Positions 17,324-25,322 of a stretch of DNA of 64,000 nt are shown here, piece after piece. The translations under genes were made by a program, and so were the position numbers. Source of the stretch: a virus. The DNA lies in the IMG/VR virus record IMGVR_UViG_3300005436_000012, one strand, 5' to 3'. The notes under the pieces are model-generated. The model searched no databases. It was not told the origin of the DNA and saw only the letters and a list, made by a program, of their open reading frames with translations. How positions within the stretch are numbered: the first letter of the stretch is position 1; every line of letters starts with the position of its first letter.

Positions 17324-18369
17324 TTGGCTTCTCCTTTGAATTTCAGTTGATCGATGGTGCACTCTGACGGTTCGATGTCTTCCCGCACGGCGAGAAAAAC
17401 GGACTGGCTGAGCGACCCGGATCGATGCGCGTAAAGATAACGCACTTCGACCACGGCCCCCACGGGCGGCGCGGTCTTGTTGGGCGGGATCGTGCAACGT
17501 CCCAGCTCGGTGCCGTCAAAAAGCTTCATGTTGAAACTGGATTGCACGTTGTGAGCCGCCACGATGACCGAAGCCGTCGCGACGAATTTGTATTTGAGAG
17601 CCGGTCCGCCTGAATTGGGCCGTCCCGGTGTGTAGGGCGCAATGGCGTATTTCAGCACCACGCCTTCCCTGCCCTCGGATTTGCAGCGGGCGAACAGCGC
17701 GAGTTTGGAATCCGGATCGGTCGCCGTTTCCACCACGCGGATGCCGGATTGCGAGGATCCGAAAAGCGAATGCAGCAGCCCCAGGCGATCGCTGTAACGG
17801 GACGCGCGCATGTCGGCGAGTCCGGCCAGCAGATCGAACGCCCAGATGATGTCGCCGATAATTTCGCCGTCAATGATGAAGGCCTCATACGGGCATTCGA
17901 GAGCGGCTTTGACGATAGTGCCGGGCAGCGTGTTGTTTACCCTGCCCGTCCGCGAATAGCTGGTTAGTCGGCCATCGCGCTTTTCTAAGATGATCCGGTT
18001 GCCGTCGAATTTCTCCTGGAAATAAATATCGGGATCGGGCGCGAGTGAAAGCAATTCCGCGTCCGTGATTTCGTTCAACAGCATGGGCTTCGGAACCAGC
18101 CTCGGACCGCATGGCTCGGGCTTGGCATCGAAGCCGACCGTTTCGAGCGGCGTCGCGTCTTCGCCGGGCGTATAGCCCTTGGCGAGTTTCTCGTTCAGCT
18201 TCGACTGATAAAGCGCGTTCGCGGCCGTCTCCGATGCGGCAGCCACGGTTTTGGTTTGCATCGTTCCTCCGCGCGGCCCCCAGGCGAATTGCACGGTGCC
18301 GTTATCGACGGAGGCGGTATAGACTTTGTCCGACCTCGAATCTTTGTAGTACAGGGTTTGGGTTTTCAT
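17320..18369 (-). CDS. ATP-dependent DNA ligase with N-terminal WGR-like module
   Basis: Motif I KFDGNR, III FIIDGEII, IV WAFDLL, V EGVVLK; N-terminal FAWGPRGG (WGR-like). Confidence 0.8.
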   Translation of the reverse strand: MKTQTLYYKDSRSDKVYTASVDNGTVQFAWGPRGGTMQTKTVAAASETAANALYQSKLNEKLAKGYTPGEDATPLETVGFDAKPEPCGPRLVPKPMLLNEITDAELLSLAPDPDIYFQEKFDGNRIILEKRDGRLTSYSRTGRVNNTLPGTIVKAALECPYEAFIIDGEIIGDIIWAFDLLAGLADMRASRYSDRLGLLHSLFGSSQSGIRVVETATDPDSKLALFARCKSEGREGVVLKYAIAPYTPGRPNSGGPALKYKFVATASVIVAAHNVQSSFNMKLFDGTELGRCTIPPNKTAPPVGAVVEVRYLYAHRSGSLSQSVFLAVREDIEPSECTIDQLKFKGEAK

Positions 18370-18557
18370 TTCGTTGCTCCTTCCGAAACTTCCGCCATGA
18401 AGTCGTCACTGCCGCGATTGAAATTGTTGACGGCAATCGCGACGGCGCACGTCAGGCTATTGAACCGCGAAGAAGCCAGCAATGCTTCCACTTGTTGATC
18501 GGTGACCTTAGCGCCGATTTTGGTTTTGACGGTGAATGTTGCCTCGTAGAGTTTCAT
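18366..18557 (-). CDS. hypothetical protein
   Basis: 63-aa ORF. Confidence 0.3.
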   Translation of the reverse strand: MKLYEATFTVKTKIGAKVTDQQVEALLASSRFNSLTCAVAIAVNNFNRGSDDFMAEVSEGATK

Positions 18558-19156
18558 TTCGTTGGTCCTTTCAGTGCGTATTCGGCGGCGTTTTCAAGAC
18601 ACGCGCAGCCGATCATTTGGTTGTGGCAGACTGGGCAGCGCTCAACGTCGCAGCCCGGATGATGATAGTGGCCGATCTTGGCGCCGCAATCGCCGCAGCG
18701 GCCCGTTCCAGGGTCGTATCCGCCCGCGTAGGGCTGGCGGTCGTAGCGCTTGCCATCGATCACGAACCAGGTCTTGATGCAGCCGTCGACTTCGAGCATG
18801 AAACCGTGGCACGTGTCGCACTTCGCGCCGTGATTGGTGGCGTCCGTTTCTGGCGACGGCACGATTCCGGCCCGCGCGTCGAGCACAGCGGCGGTCATAT
18901 CGGACGTGAATTCGTACCAGAGATTGGAATGCACGTGGACGCAGTAGGAAGTCGGTCCGGTCTGCTGCAACTTAGTATGTCGCCCGATGCGCAGTTCGTA
19001 TTTGAGCCATTCGGCGGGCGGCTTGACGGCATTCGGCCCGCCCATCGGCTGGCCGGTGAAATGGTTGTCGAGCGAATAGCATTTGAAGTCCCGCGCGACG
19101 GCCAGGATGGCGTCGATCAGCTTCGTCCGATTCTTGGCGATGGTCTTGAGGTTCAT
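18554..19156 (-). CDS. hypothetical protein with Cys/His-rich C-terminal half
   Basis: CDTCHG...RCGDCGAK..HYHHPGCDVERCPVCHNQMIGCAC. Confidence 0.4.
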   Translation of the reverse strand: MNLKTIAKNRTKLIDAILAVARDFKCYSLDNHFTGQPMGGPNAVKPPAEWLKYELRIGRHTKLQQTGPTSYCVHVHSNLWYEFTSDMTAAVLDARAGIVPSPETDATNHGAKCDTCHGFMLEVDGCIKTWFVIDGKRYDRQPYAGGYDPGTGRCGDCGAKIGHYHHPGCDVERCPVCHNQMIGCACLENAAEYALKGPTK

Positions 19157-19359
19157 ACAAAACTCCTTCGCAGCCCAAGCAGCAGGCTGCGCACTTCATC
19201 GAGCGCCGTGATCTGGCCGAGCGTCCATTGAGCCATCTCCCGCTCCTGCGGGTTGGTAATTCGCTGCAATTCGTGAGCCAGGGACCCGGCGCGGAGCGCC
19301 AGTAGCTTTCCTTCGACTAGAGCGAGCAATTCTTTTCGAGTGACCGGTTTGCTTTTCAT
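19153..19359 (-). CDS. hypothetical protein
   Basis: 68-aa ORF. Confidence 0.3.
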   Translation of the reverse strand: MKSKPVTRKELLALVEGKLLALRAGSLAHELQRITNPQEREMAQWTLGQITALDEVRSLLLGLRRSFV

Positions 19360-20090
19360 AGCGATCCTTTCATGTGGTTGTGTTCGAGAATTTCAAAGGC
19401 GGCTTGGACGCGGCGAAATGCCGCTGCGTCGCCGCCCAAATCGGGATGATGTTGACGGGCCAGAGCGCGATAGGCGCGCTTGATTTCTTCCCACGTGGCG
19501 CTGATTAGCACGCCCAGGATGTCGTGCGGGGAATCGTCTTTCAAGTGGGCGCGCGCGGCGTCGATGCCCATGCGCCAGTTGAATGCGGCCTGCCATTGCG
19601 CGGTGGATCCGCGCGGGCCGTCGTGGGTCTTGTAACCGGACATGAAATCGCGTTTCATGGTCGAGCCTTTCTGTCGGGGTGATTTGGCTGTGGGTTTGGG
19701 CGTGAAGCGCGCTAGAATCAGTCCGGTGATTTCGGAATCGAATTCGTAATCGAAAAACCCGAGCCGCCCGGTGAGTTCAATGAAATCGAGCGGCTGGGCT
19801 TCAGCCAGTACGAATCCGTACTCGCCTTTGAACCAGACGCTCGGATGAGCGCTGACGCAGTCGGTCAGGATCACGCGGCCCACGATGCCGCCGCGCGCAA
19901 AATGATTGGGCAGCAAGATGCCGCGCTGCCCGCAGAGAATCCGGATCGATTCCATTTCCGGATCGAGCCGTTTGCCGGCGTGGATCGCGACCGGTCCCCG
20001 GTGATTGGTCGACCAATCGCGATTCTCGATATCCTTGTGGCCGTTAGCAATGAGCCAGGCCCACGGTTGACGAACAGACAACACTTTCAT
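19356..20090 (-). CDS. ASCH domain + C-terminal J-domain (DnaJ-like) fusion
   Basis: MKVLSVRQPWAWLIANGHKDIENR (ASCH); DILGVLISATWEEIKRAYRALARQHHPDLGGD (J-domain with HPD); start at the internal Met. Confidence 0.55.
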   Translation of the reverse strand: MKVLSVRQPWAWLIANGHKDIENRDWSTNHRGPVAIHAGKRLDPEMESIRILCGQRGILLPNHFARGGIVGRVILTDCVSAHPSVWFKGEYGFVLAEAQPLDFIELTGRLGFFDYEFDSEITGLILARFTPKPTAKSPRQKGSTMKRDFMSGYKTHDGPRGSTAQWQAAFNWRMGIDAARAHLKDDSPHDILGVLISATWEEIKRAYRALARQHHPDLGGDAAAFRRVQAAFEILEHNHMKGSL

Positions 20091-20341
20091 TTGCGCTCCT
20101 CGATCTTGGCTTCGTGCGGACGTTCGTAGCCCGGCAGCCCGAGCGCGTCGAGATGTTTGCAATGGCGGTGAATGCGCCACGCGGGGCACGAGCATCCCCA
20201 GTGCCGTTTGTCTTTGTTCTGCGAGATGACGTAAAGCCGATCGGAAGATTCCGACGCGATATGAAATCGATTGGTCCATTGCGCGTTGTCGGCTAACTTG
20301 ACTTCGCGGCGGACGTACAATACGGGCGTGTTGTTCGGCAT
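20087..20341 (-). CDS. hypothetical Cys/His protein
   Basis: MPNNTPVLYV...HWGCSCPAWRIHRHCKH; GGAG close to the ATG; sits directly under promoter B. Confidence 0.4.
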   Translation of the reverse strand: MPNNTPVLYVRREVKLADNAQWTNRFHIASESSDRLYVISQNKDKRHWGCSCPAWRIHRHCKHLDALGLPGYERPHEAKIEERK

Positions 20342-20355
20342 GCTGATCTCCTTGA

Positions 20356-20384
20356 GAGTATATCTGACTACGTTGTGACTGCCA
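20356..20384 (-). promoter_or_regulatory. promoter/operator copy B: -35 TTGGCA, 17-nt spacer, -10 TATACT
   Basis: Reverse complement TTGGCA-GTCACAACGTAGTCAGA-TATACT; half-sites CTGAC/GTGAC; coordinates may be off by 1. Confidence 0.4.
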
Positions 20385-20439
20385 ACACGGCGCAGAAAAC
20401 GCGCTGTGCAATGATTTGAAAGGCGGGCTTTGCAGCCCG

Positions 20440-21807
20440 CTAGATTAAACGGATCACCTGTCCGAACGGCGGCATGTGATCGATCCAGGCGGGCGTGACC
20501 CATAGCACTGGGTAGTCGGGCTCGACCGGCGTATCAGACGATTCCAGATCCGTCAGATACACGGCGACGCGCGGGTGAATGTCGCGCTCCTCGACCCAAT
20601 CGAACACGGGTTGCAGGCGCGTTCCGCCGCCGCCCATGAATTCGAGCTTCACGTCATCGTCGGGCGTGAATTCGGCGGTGCCCTGGACGCGCGCGTCACA
20701 GTAGACCGCGTGCAGGCGTTCGGGCTTGGCTTCCTGGATGATCGAGGTCAGTTCAGCGGCGAATTCGTCCAGCATCTCTTGCGAGACCGATGCGGACGTG
20801 TCGATGCCGGCGACGATCTCGCCGACCGTGTCGTGGATGGTACCGGGCAGATAGATCCCGCTCGAAATGAAACGGCGGTTGGGTGCGGTCCAGGAATAAT
20901 CGCTGGGCGCCGACTGCACGATGAATTCGCGCAGCACGGATTTCCAATCGACGATCGGTTCCCGTGAGCGTTTCAGTTCGCGCTGCAGGCCTCCGGGCAG
21001 TTCGCCCGAAGCGCGCGCGACGGCCGCTGCCTGTTCGGCGGCGATCGCCCAGTCTTCTTGCGTCATGGCTTCGTCGGCCTCCGGTTCCCCGGCCTCGACC
21101 CCGTCCACGAATTCGCCGGTCGGACATCCGGGCATCGAACCACCTGGGGTTGAACCACCGGGCGTGGATCCGACTGTCTGACTCGCGCCGTCGTTGGCAT
21201 CGGGCGTCGAATCGTCAGTGGGATCATCCCCGCCGTTGCCGTCGGCTGTAGCGTCGCCGTCTTCCTCCTCTGATGTCGATCCATCATCGGAATCCTCGGA
21301 CGCGTCTGAGCCGTCCTCTTGATCGTCTTCGTCTTCGTCGCCGTCTTCGTCCTCTTCGGGCTCCGGCTCAGGTTCGGGTTGCTGCATGGGCGGCTGTTCG
21401 GCCGCTTTGCGTTTGGCATAAATCTGCTCGGCGTACATGCCCTTGAATTCGGGGTCATTCAAAACGCCCGGCGGCAGTTCGAATCCGAATTCAACCAGCA
21501 CCGGATTGATGGCGTGGTCGCAGGCGATGTTCCACTCCATCGGATCGCGCGCGCCACGGCGGTAGGGATGCAGCAGAGCGCAGTGCCAAACCTCGTGGGC
21601 GATGACGCCCAGCAATTGACGTTCGGGCAGGCTGCGGGCGAATTCGGGATTGAATTTCAAAACTGTCCCGTTGGTCTGCATGGTTTCAATCGATGGATCC
21701 GGCATCAGCTTCAGCCGCATGGCCAGCGATCCGAAGAAGGGCTGTTCGAGCAGGAGGCGCGTGCGGGCACGCGCCATCATGAGTTCGTCTTGATTCATGT
21801 TTGTCAT
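20440..21807 (-). CDS. VWA-domain protein with HExxH metallopeptidase-like N-terminal region and acidic linker
   Basis: HEVWH zinc motif; long Asp/Glu-rich low-complexity linker; the DUF2201-type VWA assignment for the C-terminal half rests on overall layout and MoxR partnership, not a spelled-out motif. Confidence 0.55.
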   Translation of the reverse strand: MTNMNQDELMMARARTRLLLEQPFFGSLAMRLKLMPDPSIETMQTNGTVLKFNPEFARSLPERQLLGVIAHEVWHCALLHPYRRGARDPMEWNIACDHAINPVLVEFGFELPPGVLNDPEFKGMYAEQIYAKRKAAEQPPMQQPEPEPEPEEDEDGDEDEDDQEDGSDASEDSDDGSTSEEEDGDATADGNGGDDPTDDSTPDANDGASQTVGSTPGGSTPGGSMPGCPTGEFVDGVEAGEPEADEAMTQEDWAIAAEQAAAVARASGELPGGLQRELKRSREPIVDWKSVLREFIVQSAPSDYSWTAPNRRFISSGIYLPGTIHDTVGEIVAGIDTSASVSQEMLDEFAAELTSIIQEAKPERLHAVYCDARVQGTAEFTPDDDVKLEFMGGGGTRLQPVFDWVEERDIHPRVAVYLTDLESSDTPVEPDYPVLWVTPAWIDHMPPFGQVIRLI

Positions 21808-22682
21808 TGCAGATACCCCGACATTTTGCTGAGGATCTCGTCGGCGCGGCGCGCGGTGTCTTCCCGCACGATGGCTGAGTCTCGGAGCTCCTCGGGTGAA
21901 TGGGCGGTCAGTTCGCGGCGGATCCGCTTACAGAACTGATCGATGGCAGGATCTTCGGTGATGTTGAGCAGTGGCACGATGTCGAGCAGGTCGATGATGT
22001 TAGACACCAGCGAATCGCGAAAGGCGCTTTGGACGGGCGTGTCTTCGGTTGCGTCGGTGTAGGCGTGCAGGCGTTCCGACATTTTGCCGACCACGGATGC
22101 AAGGCGCGTCCAGATATCTTTCACCGCGAATTCGATGGTGGACTGGACGTTCGATTCAATCTGCGATTTGATGCGCGCGGTTTCTGCGTCGCCCAGGTCG
22201 ACGCGAAAATCAACCGCGTCCGGAATCGGATCGACCGACATGCAAAAAGCGAATTTGGATTCGATCTTGGATGGGCTCGGATATTCTTCCGGCTTGAAAA
22301 GCCCGTTCAGCAGACGCCGGGCATCCTCGACGTATTGAGCATAGTTGGGTTGGAACACGTTGCGGAATTCATTCCAGAAGGCGGTCTGGTGAGCCTTCAT
22401 GGTTTGGTTATATTTGAAGTACATGGGCGACGAAAGAATCCGTTTTCCTACGTCGGACCAAGGCAGCGTTAGTGTGTAGTGATCGTCTCGGGCGGCGCCG
22501 GCAATCTTTTGCAGGGAGGCCAGCGCTTCCCGGGCGAGCAAGCTCTTTCGATATTTGCCCATGGTCGGATCGGACGAATGGGTGCGGGCCACTTCGTCTG
22601 AAATCTTCTTGTCGGACTTGTAGCCACGCCATTGGCTGATGTTGAGCGACACCAGCATGGCTGATTCATTGATTCGATGCAT
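21804..22682 (-). CDS. hypothetical protein between the MoxR and VWA genes
   Basis: 292-aa ORF, translationally coupled to both neighbours. Confidence 0.4.
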   Translation of the reverse strand: MHRINESAMLVSLNISQWRGYKSDKKISDEVARTHSSDPTMGKYRKSLLAREALASLQKIAGAARDDHYTLTLPWSDVGKRILSSPMYFKYNQTMKAHQTAFWNEFRNVFQPNYAQYVEDARRLLNGLFKPEEYPSPSKIESKFAFCMSVDPIPDAVDFRVDLGDAETARIKSQIESNVQSTIEFAVKDIWTRLASVVGKMSERLHAYTDATEDTPVQSAFRDSLVSNIIDLLDIVPLLNITEDPAIDQFCKRIRRELTAHSPEELRDSAIVREDTARRADEILSKMSGYLQ

Positions 22683-22722
22683 TGTGATTTCTCCTTGGAT
22701 TGAATTCGTTTCGGATTGGACG

Positions 22723-23802
22723 TCAGAACGTAACGTCGGAATGTTGAACGGCCCACTTGGTGAATTCGGGCGTGGACTGGAGTGAAGCGTCGCGCGTGAC
22801 GGCGTCGCGAATGGCGTAGACGTTGTACTCGACCGGTAGCCGTTCGAGATACGTCACGATGCGCGGGAAGTTTTTGTCGGACGCCCGGCGCGCTAACGCA
22901 GCCGAGATGGCATACAATACGTTGGCCTCCGTTGGCACCATCGCCTTTTTGGGATCGAGCAGGATGGCGTCGATGTTGGGCAGGCTGCGGAACAGTCTCA
23001 GGAACGCCGAATATTCGACCGCCGCGGTTTCGCCGACCGCGCCAGAGAACAGAGCGTGTTCCACTTTCGGCGCGGGGCTTTGAGCGGTGATCTGGCTCAC
23101 GAATTCCCAGGCTCGAGGATTGGGCGATACGCGCTGCTTGCGGTCGTATTGGTGAAGCAGTTCGGGGCGGAAGCGCAGGAAGGCGATCGTGACCGGCTCC
23201 CAATTGCGCTGCACGGCGAACTTACAGACGTCATCCAGATTCGTGCCCGCATCCAGATGAATGAAGCGCGCGAGCAATGCGCTGGACATTTTGGCGGCGC
23301 CGATATCGTTATCGTTGACGGCCGCTGCGGGGATCCACGTGGCGGGCATTTTGTACTCGCCAAGTTCGCCCGATAGCACGAGCGAGAAGCAGCCGTTGCG
23401 GACCATCTCCGTCCCGCGATTGATTTCGTCCAGGAAGAAAATGCCACCGCGCGGGTCGCGCGGCAGGAATTCAGGCTGCGCCCAATGCGCGCGGCCGCCG
23501 CCGTTGACTACCGGCAAGCCTCTGAGATCGACCGCGTCGAGCAGCGCGGCGCGAACGTCGCGAAACCAGGGACGGTCGGTAGTCGGATTGCCGGCGGCAT
23601 CGTGCAAATCGCCCGAGGCGTCGACGGAGCAACCGTAGCTTTCGGCGTACATCTGATCGGCGACGGATCGGGTGATATCCGATTTGCCGATTCCAGGGTC
23701 GCCGTGGATCATCGGCGCGCGGTGCGCGGCGAACAGAGTCTTCAGCGCCATCCCGAGTTCGGACGGCTTCAAGGCGTCATTGAGTTGGATCGTCGGTGTC
23801 AT
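22723..23802 (-). CDS. MoxR-family AAA+ ATPase
   Basis: Walker A IHGDPGIGKS, Walker B FFLDEINR; start at the internal Met (MTPTIQL) with an AGGAGA RBS. Confidence 0.7.
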   Translation of the reverse strand: MTPTIQLNDALKPSELGMALKTLFAAHRAPMIHGDPGIGKSDITRSVADQMYAESYGCSVDASGDLHDAAGNPTTDRPWFRDVRAALLDAVDLRGLPVVNGGGRAHWAQPEFLPRDPRGGIFFLDEINRGTEMVRNGCFSLVLSGELGEYKMPATWIPAAAVNDNDIGAAKMSSALLARFIHLDAGTNLDDVCKFAVQRNWEPVTIAFLRFRPELLHQYDRKQRVSPNPRAWEFVSQITAQSPAPKVEHALFSGAVGETAAVEYSAFLRLFRSLPNIDAILLDPKKAMVPTEANVLYAISAALARRASDKNFPRIVTYLERLPVEYNVYAIRDAVTRDASLQSTPEFTKWAVQHSDVTF

Positions 23803-23915
23803 TGCTTGTTCTCCTTTTTGGAAATCTGAATTGTTTTGGGTTTGCCGATCGTGCAGAAAACGACGGTGCAGGCGATCAGCAGGAAACTGGCGAGCAGGGC
23901 GAAGTAGGGAATCAT
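23799..23915 (-). CDS. small single-TM protein (about 39 aa)
   Basis: MIPYFALLASFLLIACTVVFCTIG; weak RBS. Confidence 0.2.
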   Translation of the reverse strand: MIPYFALLASFLLIACTVVFCTIGKPKTIQISKKENKQ

Positions 23916-24255
23916 GTGAGGTTTCTCGGTTTGATTTCGGTGGATTGGTTTGGACGTCTCGCCCGGTCGGGCTAAACTGCGCGTCCTGGTCAGTTGCATA
24001 CTTGTTGGCTCGTTTCATCTGTCATCCGCTTCGCTGCATCGGGCCTCTACTTTCGCGTTGGGGATTCTAGCGGCGTCATCGCGACGCGGCGCTCCTACAC
24101 TCGGCGATTGTTCGAGGCGGCTTGCTGTCTAACGCCCTGCGGCTCAGAAACTTGCCACTTCGTTATTCGTACCGTCGCGGTTCAAACTGCGAATCGTTTC
24201 GGTTTGATTGTCAAAGAACTGCGTTTCGTATCTCTCAAATACGTAACATCTATAG

Positions 24256-24284
24256 TATGACACTGACAGCGTAGTCAGTGCCAA
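24256..24284 (-). promoter_or_regulatory. promoter/operator copy D (weaker: -35 TTGGCA, 19-nt spacer, -10 CATACT)
   Basis: Reverse complement TTGGCA-CTGACTACGCTGTCAGTGT-CATACT; half-sites CTGAC-N6-GTCAG at 24263-24278. Confidence 0.3.
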
Positions 24285-24406
24285 CACGCAAGGAACTATA
24301 TTGCGCGCGGTTTCAAGGACTTAGCCATGCGCGATTCGCGCTGTAGCGCGTTTTCATGCGTTTACGGCGATACGACCGCGCTGTGGCGCGCGCTGCACAG
24401 CGATAA

Positions 24407-24437
24407 TTGACAGTCACTGCGCACTGGATGTTATACT
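24407..24437 (+). promoter_or_regulatory. rightward (late) promoter: -35 TTGACA, 19-nt spacer, extended -10 TGtTATACT
   Basis: TTGACAGTCACTGCGCACTGGATGTTATACT; spacer holds an operator-like GTCACTGCGCA half-site; ATG at 24450 about 12 nt from the -10. Confidence 0.4.
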
Positions 24438-24449
24438 CGGGGTGCCAAA

Positions 24450-24668
24450 ATGCCGCGAGGAAAAAAGCCCATCTCTCCGGAAGCATCCGATGCCGCGCGA
24501 CAATTGCAGGCGTTGAGAAAGCACCGCCGGGGCGGCGGCTCGGTCGCGCGCGTGCCGCACGTCAAAGGCCTGCCGATCGGATCGCGCAAATCGATCCGGG
24601 GCCAAGGCTACGCCTGCATGTGTCTCCGCTGTAGAATCGCTCGCGGGCATTACAAGCCCAAAAAATAA
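24450..24668 (+). CDS. small basic protein, first gene of the rightward operon
   Basis: 72 aa, Arg/Lys-rich, C-terminal CMCLRC. Confidence 0.3.
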   Translation: MPRGKKPISPEASDAARQLQALRKHRRGGGSVARVPHVKGLPIGSRKSIRGQGYACMCLRCRIARGHYKPKK

Positions 24669-24728
24669 CGGGCCGGACCGTTTCAATCCGGGAACCCAGG
24701 CCGCGCTGTCTCGCGGGTTTAGCTTGAT

Positions 24729-25322
24729 GTGTCTCCATTCCCTTTCCGTTCCGCCGCTGCCGGCGAATCCTCGCGCGCATACGCCGCCTTCACGCTGTAT
24801 CGCGACCTGGGCCCGGCGCGTTCGCAGCAATCCGCCTGGCGGGAACATCTCAAACGAGCGGGACGGGGCGAGGAAACGATTTCCTGCCCGCGCACCTGGC
24901 AGGATTGGTCCTCGAAATTCGAATGGGTAGGCCGGGCGGCCGCCTACGATCAGGAAATCGACGCGCAGAGGCTGAAAGCGCGCATCGAGAAAACCCGGGA
25001 GCTCGAGGAACGCCGCGCGCAATTTGAATTCGAAAACCAGGACAGGTTAGAGAAGCGGGTCCGCAAGGCGGAAGCGGTTCTCGACAAAGCCGATTCGGCG
25101 CCCATCACCGACGTCACCCAATCGAAGGAAGAAATAGTCAAGGGCAAAGCCACCAGCACCAAGACCAAGGTCAAGGGCATCAATTTCTCGGGCTACGCGG
25201 CGCTGATGAATAAAACCAACGAGACGGCCCGGCAGGCGATCACGGGCGTCCGCGCTGACAAAAACTCGGAATCGAAACCCGGCGCCGTCCAGGAAGTCGA
25301 CGGTCTGATCTGGACGGAATGA
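24729..25322 (+). CDS. putative terminase small subunit
   Basis: Position directly upstream of the large terminase with overlapping stop/start; coiled-coil middle region; no diagnostic motif. Confidence 0.35.
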   Translation: MSPFPFRSAAAGESSRAYAAFTLYRDLGPARSQQSAWREHLKRAGRGEETISCPRTWQDWSSKFEWVGRAAAYDQEIDAQRLKARIEKTRELEERRAQFEFENQDRLEKRVRKAEAVLDKADSAPITDVTQSKEEIVKGKATSTKTKVKGINFSGYAALMNKTNETARQAITGVRADKNSESKPGAVQEVDGLIWTE

